A stretch of 44,532 nt of DNA from Alphaproteobacteria bacterium. Its GTDB lineage: Bacteria > Pseudomonadota > Alphaproteobacteria > Rs-D84. Numbering within the stretch: position 1 is the stretch's first letter; each line of letters opens with the position of its first letter. The notes beneath the pieces are model-generated. The model did not search any database and was not told the DNA's origin. It was given only the letters and a program-made list of their open reading frames with translations. Shown piece after piece: positions 8,953-16,804 of the stretch. The stretch covers positions 1 to 44,532 of the forward strand of contig JAFYXQ010000005.1 of the NCBI GenBank assembly GCA_017546085.1, given 5' to 3'. Made by a program: the position numbers and the translations under genes.

Positions 8953-11190
8953 ATGAATTTATTAATTGTGGAATCACCATCCAAAGCCAAAACGATTGAA
9001 AAATACCTGGGGGCAGGGTGGCGTGTTATCGCATCTGTTGGTCATGTTCGTGATTTGGTTCCTGAAAACGGCAGTGTTGATACAAATAATAACTTTGCAA
9101 TGAAATGGCAAATTATGCCCGGCAAAGAAAAACAAATTAAATTAATTACTGATGAACTGAAGAAAGCTGATGCAGTATATCTCGCAAGCGACCCTGACCG
9201 CGAAGGGGAAGCAATTGCATGGCATTTGCTTGATATATTAAAGGCAAAAAGATTACTGAAAGATAAAAAAGTTTATCGTGTCGCATTTCATGAAATTACA
9301 AAAAAAGCTGTTCAGACCGCAATTGATGCACCACGCGAAATTGATAAAAACTTGGTTGACGCATACCTTGTACGTCGCGCGTTGGATTATTTGATTGGGT
9401 TTAGTATTTCACCATTATTATGGCGCAGAAATTTAGGAAAATCTGCGGGACGTGTACAATCTGTGGCCGTTAAATTGGTGGTTGACCGCGAAAAAGAAAT
9501 CGAAGATTTTAAACCGGTTGAATATTGGTCACTGGAATCTATGTGTACACTGGATTCCGCTGTATTCAAAGCAATGCTTAATAAATTTAATGGTCAGAAA
9601 ATTGAAAAAATGACCATTGAAAATAAACAAACTATTGATGATATTTTATCAAAAATCGGCACCCCTGTTATTAATGCAACAGTGGTAAATGTGGACAAGA
9701 AAAAAACAACACGAAAACCTGCTGCGCCGTTTACCACATCAACGTTACAACAGGAAGCGGCGCGTAAATTATATTTTGCATCAAAACGCACAATGAGTGC
9801 CGCACAAAAATTATATGAACAAGGTTTAATTACGTACATGCGTACGGATGCAACAAACCTGAATGCGGATGCGATTAATGAAATTCGTGGTTTTATTGGG
9901 CGTGAATATGGGGATAAATTCTTGCCTAAGAATCCAAATATTTATGCAACAAAGTCTAAAAATGCACAAGAAGCACACGAAGCTATCCGACCAACACATT
10001 TTGATGCACCAGCAAAAAATCTGTCTGGGGATGAAGCAAAGTTATATGACCTGATATGGAAACGCACAATCGCATGTCAGATGTGTAACGCAGAATTTGA
10101 TTCTGTTGCTGCAGATATAGAAGTTGAAAATAAATCTGCAATATTCCATGCAGTTGGTTCCACACGTGTATTTGATGGATTTATGAAGGTTTATACCGAA
10201 GATAAAGATGATGAAGATGATAACAAAGAATCAAAATTACCGGTATTAAACGTTGGTGATAGTATAAAAATTAAAGAACTAATTCCAGAACAACATTTTA
10301 CACAGGCACCACCAAGATATACAGAAGCATCTTTGGTTAAAAAATTAGAAGAACTTGGGATTGGACGTCCATCAACATACGCAACTATTATGTCAACAAT
10401 CGTTGACCGCGCATATGTTGAACAAGACAAACAACGTCGTTTTCATCCAACAAGTGGGGGATGGGTTATCGCATCATATTTGAATAAATATTTTACTGAT
10501 TTAGTTGATGTTAATTTTACTGCGAAAACCGAAGATACGCTCGACGATGTTTCAAATGGTAAACAAGATAAAATCACCGCACTTAAAAATTTCTGGGAAC
10601 CAACAGACAATATGATTGATGGTGCACGGGGAATTAAAACCAGTGATATTATTGATGAAATTAATAATTTTATGAACAAACACTTGTTCCCTGATGGTAA
10701 TGATAAATGCCCTGAATGTGGCGAAAATTTAGGTATTAAATTATCTAAATTTGGCCCATTTATCGGATGTTCAAACTATCCAAAATGTGGATATACAAAA
10801 CAATTAAATAAAACCGATAAATCTGTAGATAATATAGAATCCAATACACAAACAAAATCTGATAGTGTTGATTTGGGAGATGGTATTGAATTTCGTATAG
10901 GTAAATTTGGACCATATGTTACAGATGGTGTAAAGAATGTCGCAGCAAAACAATATAACAACGAAACGATAACACTTGAAATTGCACGTGATTTATTGGC
11001 AAACGCCGGTAAGAAGGCCGAACCAATAAAAATAGGTGAAAACCCTGATACAAAAAAGATGATTTTTTATTATCCAACAGGACGATACGGTGCATACATT
11101 TCATCAAATCGTGTTAATGTTTCCGTTAAATCACAACCTGATTTAGAAACAGCAATTAAGCTAATAAATACCAAGGCGCAAAATAAATAA
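8953..11190 (+). CDS. topA: DNA topoisomerase I
   Basis: 745 aa with a Toprim start (LLIVESPSKAKTIEKYLG), the active-site region GLITYMRTD and a C-terminal Zn finger (CPECG...CSNYPKC). Confidence 0.95.
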   Translation: MNLLIVESPSKAKTIEKYLGAGWRVIASVGHVRDLVPENGSVDTNNNFAMKWQIMPGKEKQIKLITDELKKADAVYLASDPDREGEAIAWHLLDILKAKRLLKDKKVYRVAFHEITKKAVQTAIDAPREIDKNLVDAYLVRRALDYLIGFSISPLLWRRNLGKSAGRVQSVAVKLVVDREKEIEDFKPVEYWSLESMCTLDSAVFKAMLNKFNGQKIEKMTIENKQTIDDILSKIGTPVINATVVNVDKKKTTRKPAAPFTTSTLQQEAARKLYFASKRTMSAAQKLYEQGLITYMRTDATNLNADAINEIRGFIGREYGDKFLPKNPNIYATKSKNAQEAHEAIRPTHFDAPAKNLSGDEAKLYDLIWKRTIACQMCNAEFDSVAADIEVENKSAIFHAVGSTRVFDGFMKVYTEDKDDEDDNKESKLPVLNVGDSIKIKELIPEQHFTQAPPRYTEASLVKKLEELGIGRPSTYATIMSTIVDRAYVEQDKQRRFHPTSGGWVIASYLNKYFTDLVDVNFTAKTEDTLDDVSNGKQDKITALKNFWEPTDNMIDGARGIKTSDIIDEINNFMNKHLFPDGNDKCPECGENLGIKLSKFGPFIGCSNYPKCGYTKQLNKTDKSVDNIESNTQTKSDSVDLGDGIEFRIGKFGPYVTDGVKNVAAKQYNNETITLEIARDLLANAGKKAEPIKIGENPDTKKMIFYYPTGRYGAYISSNRVNVSVKSQPDLETAIKLINTKAQNK

Positions 11191-12800
11191 TGGCAGGACT
11201 AGACCGCAATTTTACCGATGAACTACGCGCACGTTTATCTGTGGTTGATGTTGTTGGTCGTGTTGTTCCATTAACACGCAAGGGCCAAAATTATTGGGGT
11301 TGTTGTCCATTTCATAATGAAAAAACCCCCAGTTTTTCTGTTAATGAAGAAAAAGGATTTTATCACTGTTTCGGCTGTGGTGAACACGGTGATATTATTT
11401 CTTTTACAATGAAACACAATAATATGGATTTTCGCGCAGCGATTACCGAACTCGCTAATCAGGCGGGGTTGAAAATGCCTGATTACAAACCACGCGATCC
11501 AAATATTGTCCGACACGAAGATAATTTATTTGATATTTGCGAAAAAGCGTCTCTATCATATGCAGAAAAATTATTCACACCAGATGGGGCACATGCACTT
11601 GAATACGTACGAAAACGCGGTTTTTCTGATGATATGATAAAAAAATATCGTATTGGATATGCGCCTAAGAATAATCTTATTGCAAATAAATTTGCAGAAT
11701 CAAAATACTTGATTCAGTCGGGGCTTTGTCGGCGCGGAGAATATGGATTATACGATTTCTTTCGCGATAAATTAATGTTTCCTATATTTAATGCGAATGG
11801 ACGTGTTGTCGCGTTTTCAGGACGTTCTTTGGACGGCAGTGAACCTAAATACATAAATACCGGTGATACCGATATATTCCATAAACGAAAAACTGTTTTT
11901 GGTTTAAATTTTGCACGCGATGCAATTCATCGCGCAAATCGTAGCATTATTGTCGAAGGACAAATTGATGCAATAAAAATGCAAATTAACGGATTTCCTG
12001 AAACAGTCGCCCCACTAGGAACTGCATTAACAGAAGATCATATTGCATTGTTATGTAAATCAAATAGAAATATTACATTTTGTTTTGATGGTGATGCTGC
12101 AGGACAAAAGGCTGCACAACGTGCATGTGGTATTATTATACCTTTTTTACGCGATACATCTGATGTAAAATTTGCCTTTGTTTCGGGTGGCAAGGATCCT
12201 GATGAAATATTAAAATCAGGTGGAATAGATGCCATGAAAAAAATTATAGATGATGCAATTCCATTGGTTGATTATCTGTGGCAAATTACAAATTCTAATT
12301 TTTTAATAACAACCCCTGGGGGACGTAGTCAGGCTGAAAAATTCCTAAAAAAAGAACTGGATAAAATTACAGATCCAGATTTAAAATCAGAATTTGAAAA
12401 AGAATATAATGCGCGCAAATTTAATACATGGCATAAATGGAAGAAGTCAAATATATCTGTAAACATTAAATTACCTGATATTGATACGATTACAAAAAAT
12501 ACACTGATTTATATTGTAAATACATATCCTGAATTGGTGGAAAAATATGTCGATTTTCTTGGTACACTGGGAATTGATTTTGATGGGATTGCACCGGTAT
12601 TAAATCTTAGTTTAGAAGCAGCAGAAAAATATATTGTTTCGTTGAAACTGCAAAGATATCTCGAGCGGTTAAATATTCAAAAACGAGAATTTACAAATCA
12701 GTTATTAGCAGGAAATGATGCCGCACGTGAAGAAATTGCTAAAATTGATGAGGAAATACAAAAATACACTGAAAAATTAGAAATTCTTATTTCTATATAA
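11190..12800 (+). CDS. dnaG: DNA primase
   Basis: Zn ribbon CCPFHNEKTPSFSV...YHCFGCGEHGD and Toprim motifs (IVEGQIDA, FDGDAAGQKAA). The ATG overlaps the topA stop. Confidence 0.95.
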   Translation: MAGLDRNFTDELRARLSVVDVVGRVVPLTRKGQNYWGCCPFHNEKTPSFSVNEEKGFYHCFGCGEHGDIISFTMKHNNMDFRAAITELANQAGLKMPDYKPRDPNIVRHEDNLFDICEKASLSYAEKLFTPDGAHALEYVRKRGFSDDMIKKYRIGYAPKNNLIANKFAESKYLIQSGLCRRGEYGLYDFFRDKLMFPIFNANGRVVAFSGRSLDGSEPKYINTGDTDIFHKRKTVFGLNFARDAIHRANRSIIVEGQIDAIKMQINGFPETVAPLGTALTEDHIALLCKSNRNITFCFDGDAAGQKAAQRACGIIIPFLRDTSDVKFAFVSGGKDPDEILKSGGIDAMKKIIDDAIPLVDYLWQITNSNFLITTPGGRSQAEKFLKKELDKITDPDLKSEFEKEYNARKFNTWHKWKKSNISVNIKLPDIDTITKNTLIYIVNTYPELVEKYVDFLGTLGIDFDGIAPVLNLSLEAAEKYIVSLKLQRYLERLNIQKREFTNQLLAGNDAAREEIAKIDEEIQKYTEKLEILISI

Positions 12801-12809
12801 TAAAAAATA

Positions 12810-12844
12810 CCGGCTTTATTGAACATTTTTATTAAAAAAGCCGG
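12810..12844. repeat. 35-nt palindromic element, copy 2 (likely acts as bidirectional terminator)
   Basis: CCGGCTTTATTGAACATTTTTATTAAAAAAGCCGG has 1 mismatch to copy 1. It sits between convergent dnaG and rfbD. Confidence 0.75.
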
Positions 12845-12855
12845 TATTTTTAGTT

Positions 12856-13686
12856 TTAATTTTTTCTTAATTCATATATACATTTTTTTAATCCATCGCG
12901 CCAATGCGGTATTTTTATACCGAATGTTTCGGTAATTTTTGATTTATCCAAGACACTGTATGATGGACGTGTGGCAGGTGTTGGATATTGTGATGTTTTT
13001 ATTGGATTTACCATACAAGTTATGTCTGATAATTCCATTATTTCTATTGCAAAATCATACCATGAACAAACCCCCATATTGGTAAAATGGTATATTCCAG
13101 AATTTTCCCTGGTCATTTGTGGGATTATTTTTACAATGGCCGCAGCCAAATCTGATGCATATGTTGGTGTGCCAATTTGGTCTGAAACAACATTTATTTC
13201 GTTGCGTTCCGCCCCCAAGCGACGCATCGTTTTTACAAAATTATTCCCATAAACAGAATACAACCATGCCGTACGTATAATTATATAACATTCAGAATTT
13301 TCAATTACTGCCAATTCCCCATCACGCTTGGTTTTACCATATACGGATGTTGGATTTGTTTCATCATCTGGGGTGTATGGAATATGTCCTGTACCATCAA
13401 AAACGTAATCTGTAGAAATATGTATTAATTTTGCACCAGATTGCGCAAGATTTTTTGGACCATCTGTGTTAATTTTTTTTGCAAGATCAATATCACTTTC
13501 TGCGCGGTCAACCGCCGTATAGGCCGCACAATTAATTATTAAATCAATATTGTTTTCATTAACAAATTTATTTACTGCAACAGCATCTGTAATATCCAAT
13601 GTATCAACATCAGCACATATCGCATTTGGTAATAATTTTTTTAATTCGGTCCCCAGTTGACCATTACATCCCGTTATTAGGTACAT
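12856..13686 (-). CDS. rfbD: dTDP-4-dehydrorhamnose reductase
   Basis: 276 aa with an N-terminal Rossmann motif (ITGCNGQLG), a YGKTK catalytic motif and RPSYSVLD near the C-terminus. Confidence 0.9.
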   Translation of the reverse strand: MYLITGCNGQLGTELKKLLPNAICADVDTLDITDAVAVNKFVNENNIDLIINCAAYTAVDRAESDIDLAKKINTDGPKNLAQSGAKLIHISTDYVFDGTGHIPYTPDDETNPTSVYGKTKRDGELAVIENSECYIIIRTAWLYSVYGNNFVKTMRRLGAERNEINVVSDQIGTPTYASDLAAAIVKIIPQMTRENSGIYHFTNMGVCSWYDFAIEIMELSDITCMVNPIKTSQYPTPATRPSYSVLDKSKITETFGIKIPHWRDGLKKCIYELRKN

Positions 13687-14215
13687 CTTTTAACCCCTTG
13701 GCTATTCTATCTTTGTCTGATGTTATTATTTTGTCCGCAGGTACACCCCAATCAACACCAATATCAGGATCATCAAAACGAATACCAAATTCTGATTGTG
13801 GCGCATATAAATTATCACATTTATATGCAAAAACTGCTGTTTCTGATAAAACTGAAAAACCGTGTAAAAATCCACGAGGTATGAATAACTGACGTTTATT
13901 TTCATCACTTAATTCAACTGCAACATACTTTCCAAATGTTGGTGAATTTTTACGAATATCAACCGCAACATCAAGAACACGACCATGAAGAACACGAACA
14001 AGTTTTGCCTGCGCATGTTCGCCAAGCTGACAATGTAAACCACGTACAACACCGTATGATGATTTTGACTGATTGTCTTGAACAAATTTATTTGGAATTC
14101 CATTTTTTATAAATTCTGCTTCGTTATATGATTCAAAAAAGTAACCACGTGCATCTTCGAATACACGTGGTTCAACAATTATAACGCCATCAAGTTCTGT
14201 TTTTATAAAATTCAT
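13664..14215 (-). CDS. rfbC: dTDP-4-dehydrorhamnose 3,5-epimerase
   Basis: 183-aa cupin with FEDARGYFFE, VRGLHCQ and FIPRGFLHGF motifs. It overlaps rfbD by 23 nt. Confidence 0.9.
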   Translation of the reverse strand: MNFIKTELDGVIIVEPRVFEDARGYFFESYNEAEFIKNGIPNKFVQDNQSKSSYGVVRGLHCQLGEHAQAKLVRVLHGRVLDVAVDIRKNSPTFGKYVAVELSDENKRQLFIPRGFLHGFSVLSETAVFAYKCDNLYAPQSEFGIRFDDPDIGVDWGVPADKIITSDKDRIAKGLKDVPNNGM

Positions 14216-14238
14216 TTCCTTGCCTTATTTTTTTATGG

Positions 14239-15318
14239 TTAATTGTTAAACAAGAAATGACATATGTCGCCGTTGTTCATAATGTAATCACGACCAACAA
14301 GACGCATTTTGCCGGCTTCTTTTACTGCGACTTCACCCCCAAGGTTAATAAAATCTTCGGGTGTAATAATTTCAGCACGAATAAAACCTTTCTCGAAATC
14401 TGTGTGAATTTTTCCTGCGGCCTGTGGTGCTGTCATTCCAGTAGTTATAGTCCAAGCATGTGCTTCCTTGGGACCGATGGTATAATATGTTTGCAGGCCC
14501 AATGTTTTGTACCCTGTTTTAATAACCTGATCGAGACCAGATTCTGTTAACCCCAAATCTTCGAGGAACATTTTACGCTCTTCTATATCAATAATTTGTG
14601 ATATTTCCATCTCAATCTTTGATGATATAACGAGAACATCCGCAATTTTTCCGTATTTTTCACGTACCATATCAGAATATTTATTACCAGTCGCAGCAGA
14701 AGCTTCATCAACGTTACATACATAAATCACAGGTTTCGAAGTCAATAAATTAAAAGGCTTTGAATCAACATCTACATTTCGCGCAGGAATAAATTTTTCC
14801 AGATTTTCCTTGATAATATTTGCATCTGCCAATAATTTTATCGCATCTTTGTCTAAACCACGTGCCTTCTTTTCAAGGTTTTTTATTTGTTTTTCTATAC
14901 TTTCAAGGTCCGATAACATTAATTCTGTTTCAATTGTTTCGATATCTGATAACGGATCAATATGACCATTAACATGTACAATATCGTCATTTTCAAAACA
15001 TCTTACAACGTGAATAATCGCATCCGTAGAAAGAATATTGCCAAGGAATTTATTCCCTAAACCTTCACCTGCTGATGCTCCCTTGACCAAGCCTGCAATA
15101 TCAACTATTTCAAGCTGAGTAGGTATTAATTTCTGAGAGCCCGCCACACGCGCCAATTCATGCAAGGTATTATCCGGCACAACAACACGACCAGTATTTG
15201 GTTCGATGGTGCAAAATGGATAGTTTTGTGCATCGGCAGCCGCACTCTGTGTCAAAGCATTAAATAACGTAGATTTTCCAACATTTGGTAAACCCACAAT
15301 TCCACAATTGAAACCCAT
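14239..15318 (-). CDS. ychF: redox-regulated ribosome-binding ATPase YchF
   Basis: Starts [23 protein letters not shown] (G1 motif) and has the C-terminal TGS-like/YchF domain ([12 protein letters not shown]). The upstream 19-codon extension in the ORF track was rejected. Confidence 0.95.
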   Translation of the reverse strand: MGFNCGIVGLPNVGKSTLFNALTQSAAADAQNYPFCTIEPNTGRVVVPDNTLHELARVAGSQKLIPTQLEIVDIAGLVKGASAGEGLGNKFLGNILSTDAIIHVVRCFENDDIVHVNGHIDPLSDIETIETELMLSDLESIEKQIKNLEKKARGLDKDAIKLLADANIIKENLEKFIPARNVDVDSKPFNLLTSKPVIYVCNVDEASAATGNKYSDMVREKYGKIADVLVISSKIEMEISQIIDIEERKMFLEDLGLTESGLDQVIKTGYKTLGLQTYYTIGPKEAHAWTITTGMTAPQAAGKIHTDFEKGFIRAEIITPEDFINLGGEVAVKEAGKMRLVGRDYIMNNGDICHFLFNN

Positions 15319-15337
15319 AATAAAATCCTTTATAATA

Positions 15338-16018
15338 ATGCTTAATATGTCATACATATGGAATGAATTCAACATAAAAACCTTTCCAGCGGAAACAATT
15401 GTTTTCCGCGATGGTGTATATTGTCCTGAATTATCAACATTAGAATATAAACCTATTAATAAAAATTTTAAATTACCAGTACATATTATATATATTGGTG
15501 AAATTGCCGGTAAAAACGATTTAAATATTGATTTAGGTGCAGAAAATCAAAAAGTAATCGTTACAATAAAAATAAAAAATGAAAAGCCGGCTTTTTTAAA
15601 CATTTTTATTAAAAACACCGGTAAAAATTCTGAAATAAATGCAAATGTTGCAATAAAAAATTATTCTGAGTTAAATTATAAATGTACAGCAAATCATTTG
15701 TATAAAAATACGGCTATTTTGATAAAAAATAAAATTTTAGCCGGTAAAAATTCAAAATCTATACTTTCAGGAAATGCGATTATAAATAAGGATTGTATAG
15801 ATTGTATTTCTGATGTGGGTTTTTCTGCAATGGTTGAAAAGAATGCGAAAATTGAATTTTTACCAGAACAAAATATTGCAGCAATTCCAAAATCAGCAGA
15901 ACATAGTGCAAATATATACCGTGGTACAGATGCCCAAATTTTATATTTGCGTCAGGCGGGATTAGGTATTATTGAAATTGATGACGTTTTAAAAGAAGCT
16001 TTTTTGAATGATTTTTAA
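15338..16018 (+). CDS. SufB/SufD-family Fe-S assembly-like protein, short orphan form
   Basis: The C-terminus (...AEHSANIYRGTDAQILYLRQAGLGIIEIDDVLKEAFLNDF) matches the conserved SufBD C-terminal pattern, preceded by beta-helix-like repeats. The start is uncertain (ATG 15338 or 15347). Confidence 0.55.
   Translation: MLNMSYIWNEFNIKTFPAETIVFRDGVYCPELSTLEYKPINKNFKLPVHIIYIGEIAGKNDLNIDLGAENQKVIVTIKIKNEKPAFLNIFIKNTGKNSEINANVAIKNYSELNYKCTANHLYKNTAILIKNKILAGKNSKSILSGNAIINKDCIDCISDVGFSAMVEKNAKIEFLPEQNIAAIPKSAEHSANIYRGTDAQILYLRQAGLGIIEIDDVLKEAFLNDF
15587..15621. repeat. 35-nt palindromic element, copy 3, located inside the SufD-like CDS
   Basis: CCGGCTTTTTTAAACATTTTTATTAAAAACACCGG has 3 mismatches to copy 1. 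It is read in frame as PAFLNIFIKNTG. Confidence 0.7.
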
Positions 16019-16044
16019 TAAAAATGTATAATTATAAAATAAAA

Positions 16045-16060
16045 ACCGGCAATCGCCGGT
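16045..16060. terminator. hairpin between convergent SufD-like gene and rpmJ
   Basis: ACCGGC-AATC-GCCGGT is flanked by an A-run (16041-16045) and a T-run (16062-16066). Confidence 0.5.
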
Positions 16061-16064
16061 ATTT

Positions 16065-16199
16065 TTATTTCTTCTTGAAACCCTGTTTTGCCTTGAATTT
16101 TGGATTATCAGGATCAATCAAGATAACTTGCTTACCACGACGGATTTGTTTTACATTACCGCGTTTCTTCCAAGCCTTTAATGAACTTAAAAATTTCAT
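16065..16199 (-). CDS. rpmJ: 50S ribosomal protein L36 (Cys-less, alpha/mitochondrial-type)
   Basis: My hand translation of the minus strand gives MKFLSSLKAWKKRGNVKQIRRGKQVILIDPDNPKFKAKQGFKKK (44 aa). This fits the MK.R.SLK...R......R.G...VI....P.FKARQG pattern. It is too short for the supplied ORF track. Confidence 0.7.
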   Translation of the reverse strand: MKFLSSLKAWKKRGNVKQIRRGKQVILIDPDNPKFKAKQGFKKK

Positions 16200-16286
16200 G
16201 TCGTTATCCTTTTTACAATGGCGATTATAAACATATTTTTTGAAAAATCAAATAATATTATTATTTATAGTTGTTTTTGTAGGGCC

Positions 16287-16486
16287 TGTTGAATTTGTTG
16301 AAAACAGTTTTTAGTTTTTTTTAAACAGTTTTTTAACAAAAAAATCCAATGTTTCTGCGATTTTTTATGGTATTGTTAATAAAAACTTAAAAATAATTAA
16401 CAGTTGAAAATAATATGCTTTTTTAACAGTTTTAACAATTTTATGTACGATTGTTTTTATGCTTGTTGAAAATTGTTGAAATTGTT
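16287..16486 (+). promoter_or_regulatory. AT-rich upstream region of virB3 with reiterated TGTTGAAA / AACAGTT motifs
   Basis: TGTTGAA(A) occurs at about 16287, 16297, 16464 and 16474. AACAGTT occurs at about 16303, 16324, 16400 and 16426. Confidence 0.4.
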
Positions 16487-16491
16487 ATAAT
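16463..16491 (+). promoter_or_regulatory. candidate sigma70-type promoter of virB3-virB4
   Basis: -35 TTGTTG (16463-16468), a 17-nt spacer and an extended -10 TGTTATAAT (16483-16491). The SD GGGGTGAG lies just upstream of the ATG at 16514. Confidence 0.4.
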
Positions 16492-16513
16492 TCAGTTACC
16501 CAGGGGTGAGATT

Positions 16514-16804
16514 ATGAAACAGCAAGTTTTAAAAGCATTGGCAAATCCAGCACAAATATTTCATGTGCCATATATGTTGGCACTGATTAATTTTTTTGTG
16601 CAGTTTATCGCTTTTATTATAATTTTTGTACTTGGTTTAGTATTTTTTAATAAAGATGTAAGTCCATTATGGTTTTTGATATCTGTTATAATAGTTCATT
16701 CTATATTGGCTATTTTTTCAAAACGTGATCCGCAATTGGGGCAAATTATTATATCTAAGATTCAATTAATAAAACTAAAAATACCAAGGAAATTAGCAGC
16801 ATGA
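16514..16804 (+). CDS. virB3: type IV secretion system protein VirB3
   Basis: 96 aa with two hydrophobic segments and the pattern L..P..IFHVPY...N followed by KRDP. It has an ATGA overlap with virB4. Confidence 0.75.
   Translation: MKQQVLKALANPAQIFHVPYMLALINFFVQFIAFIIIFVLGLVFFNKDVSPLWFLISVIIVHSILAIFSKRDPQLGQIIISKIQLIKLKIPRKLAA

Noticed and set aside
16024-16230. 68-aa plus-strand ORF from the track
   Set aside because: It is antisense to a convincing L36 gene (16065-16199, minus strand). It also runs through the terminator hairpin and has no SD sequence or recognisable family.
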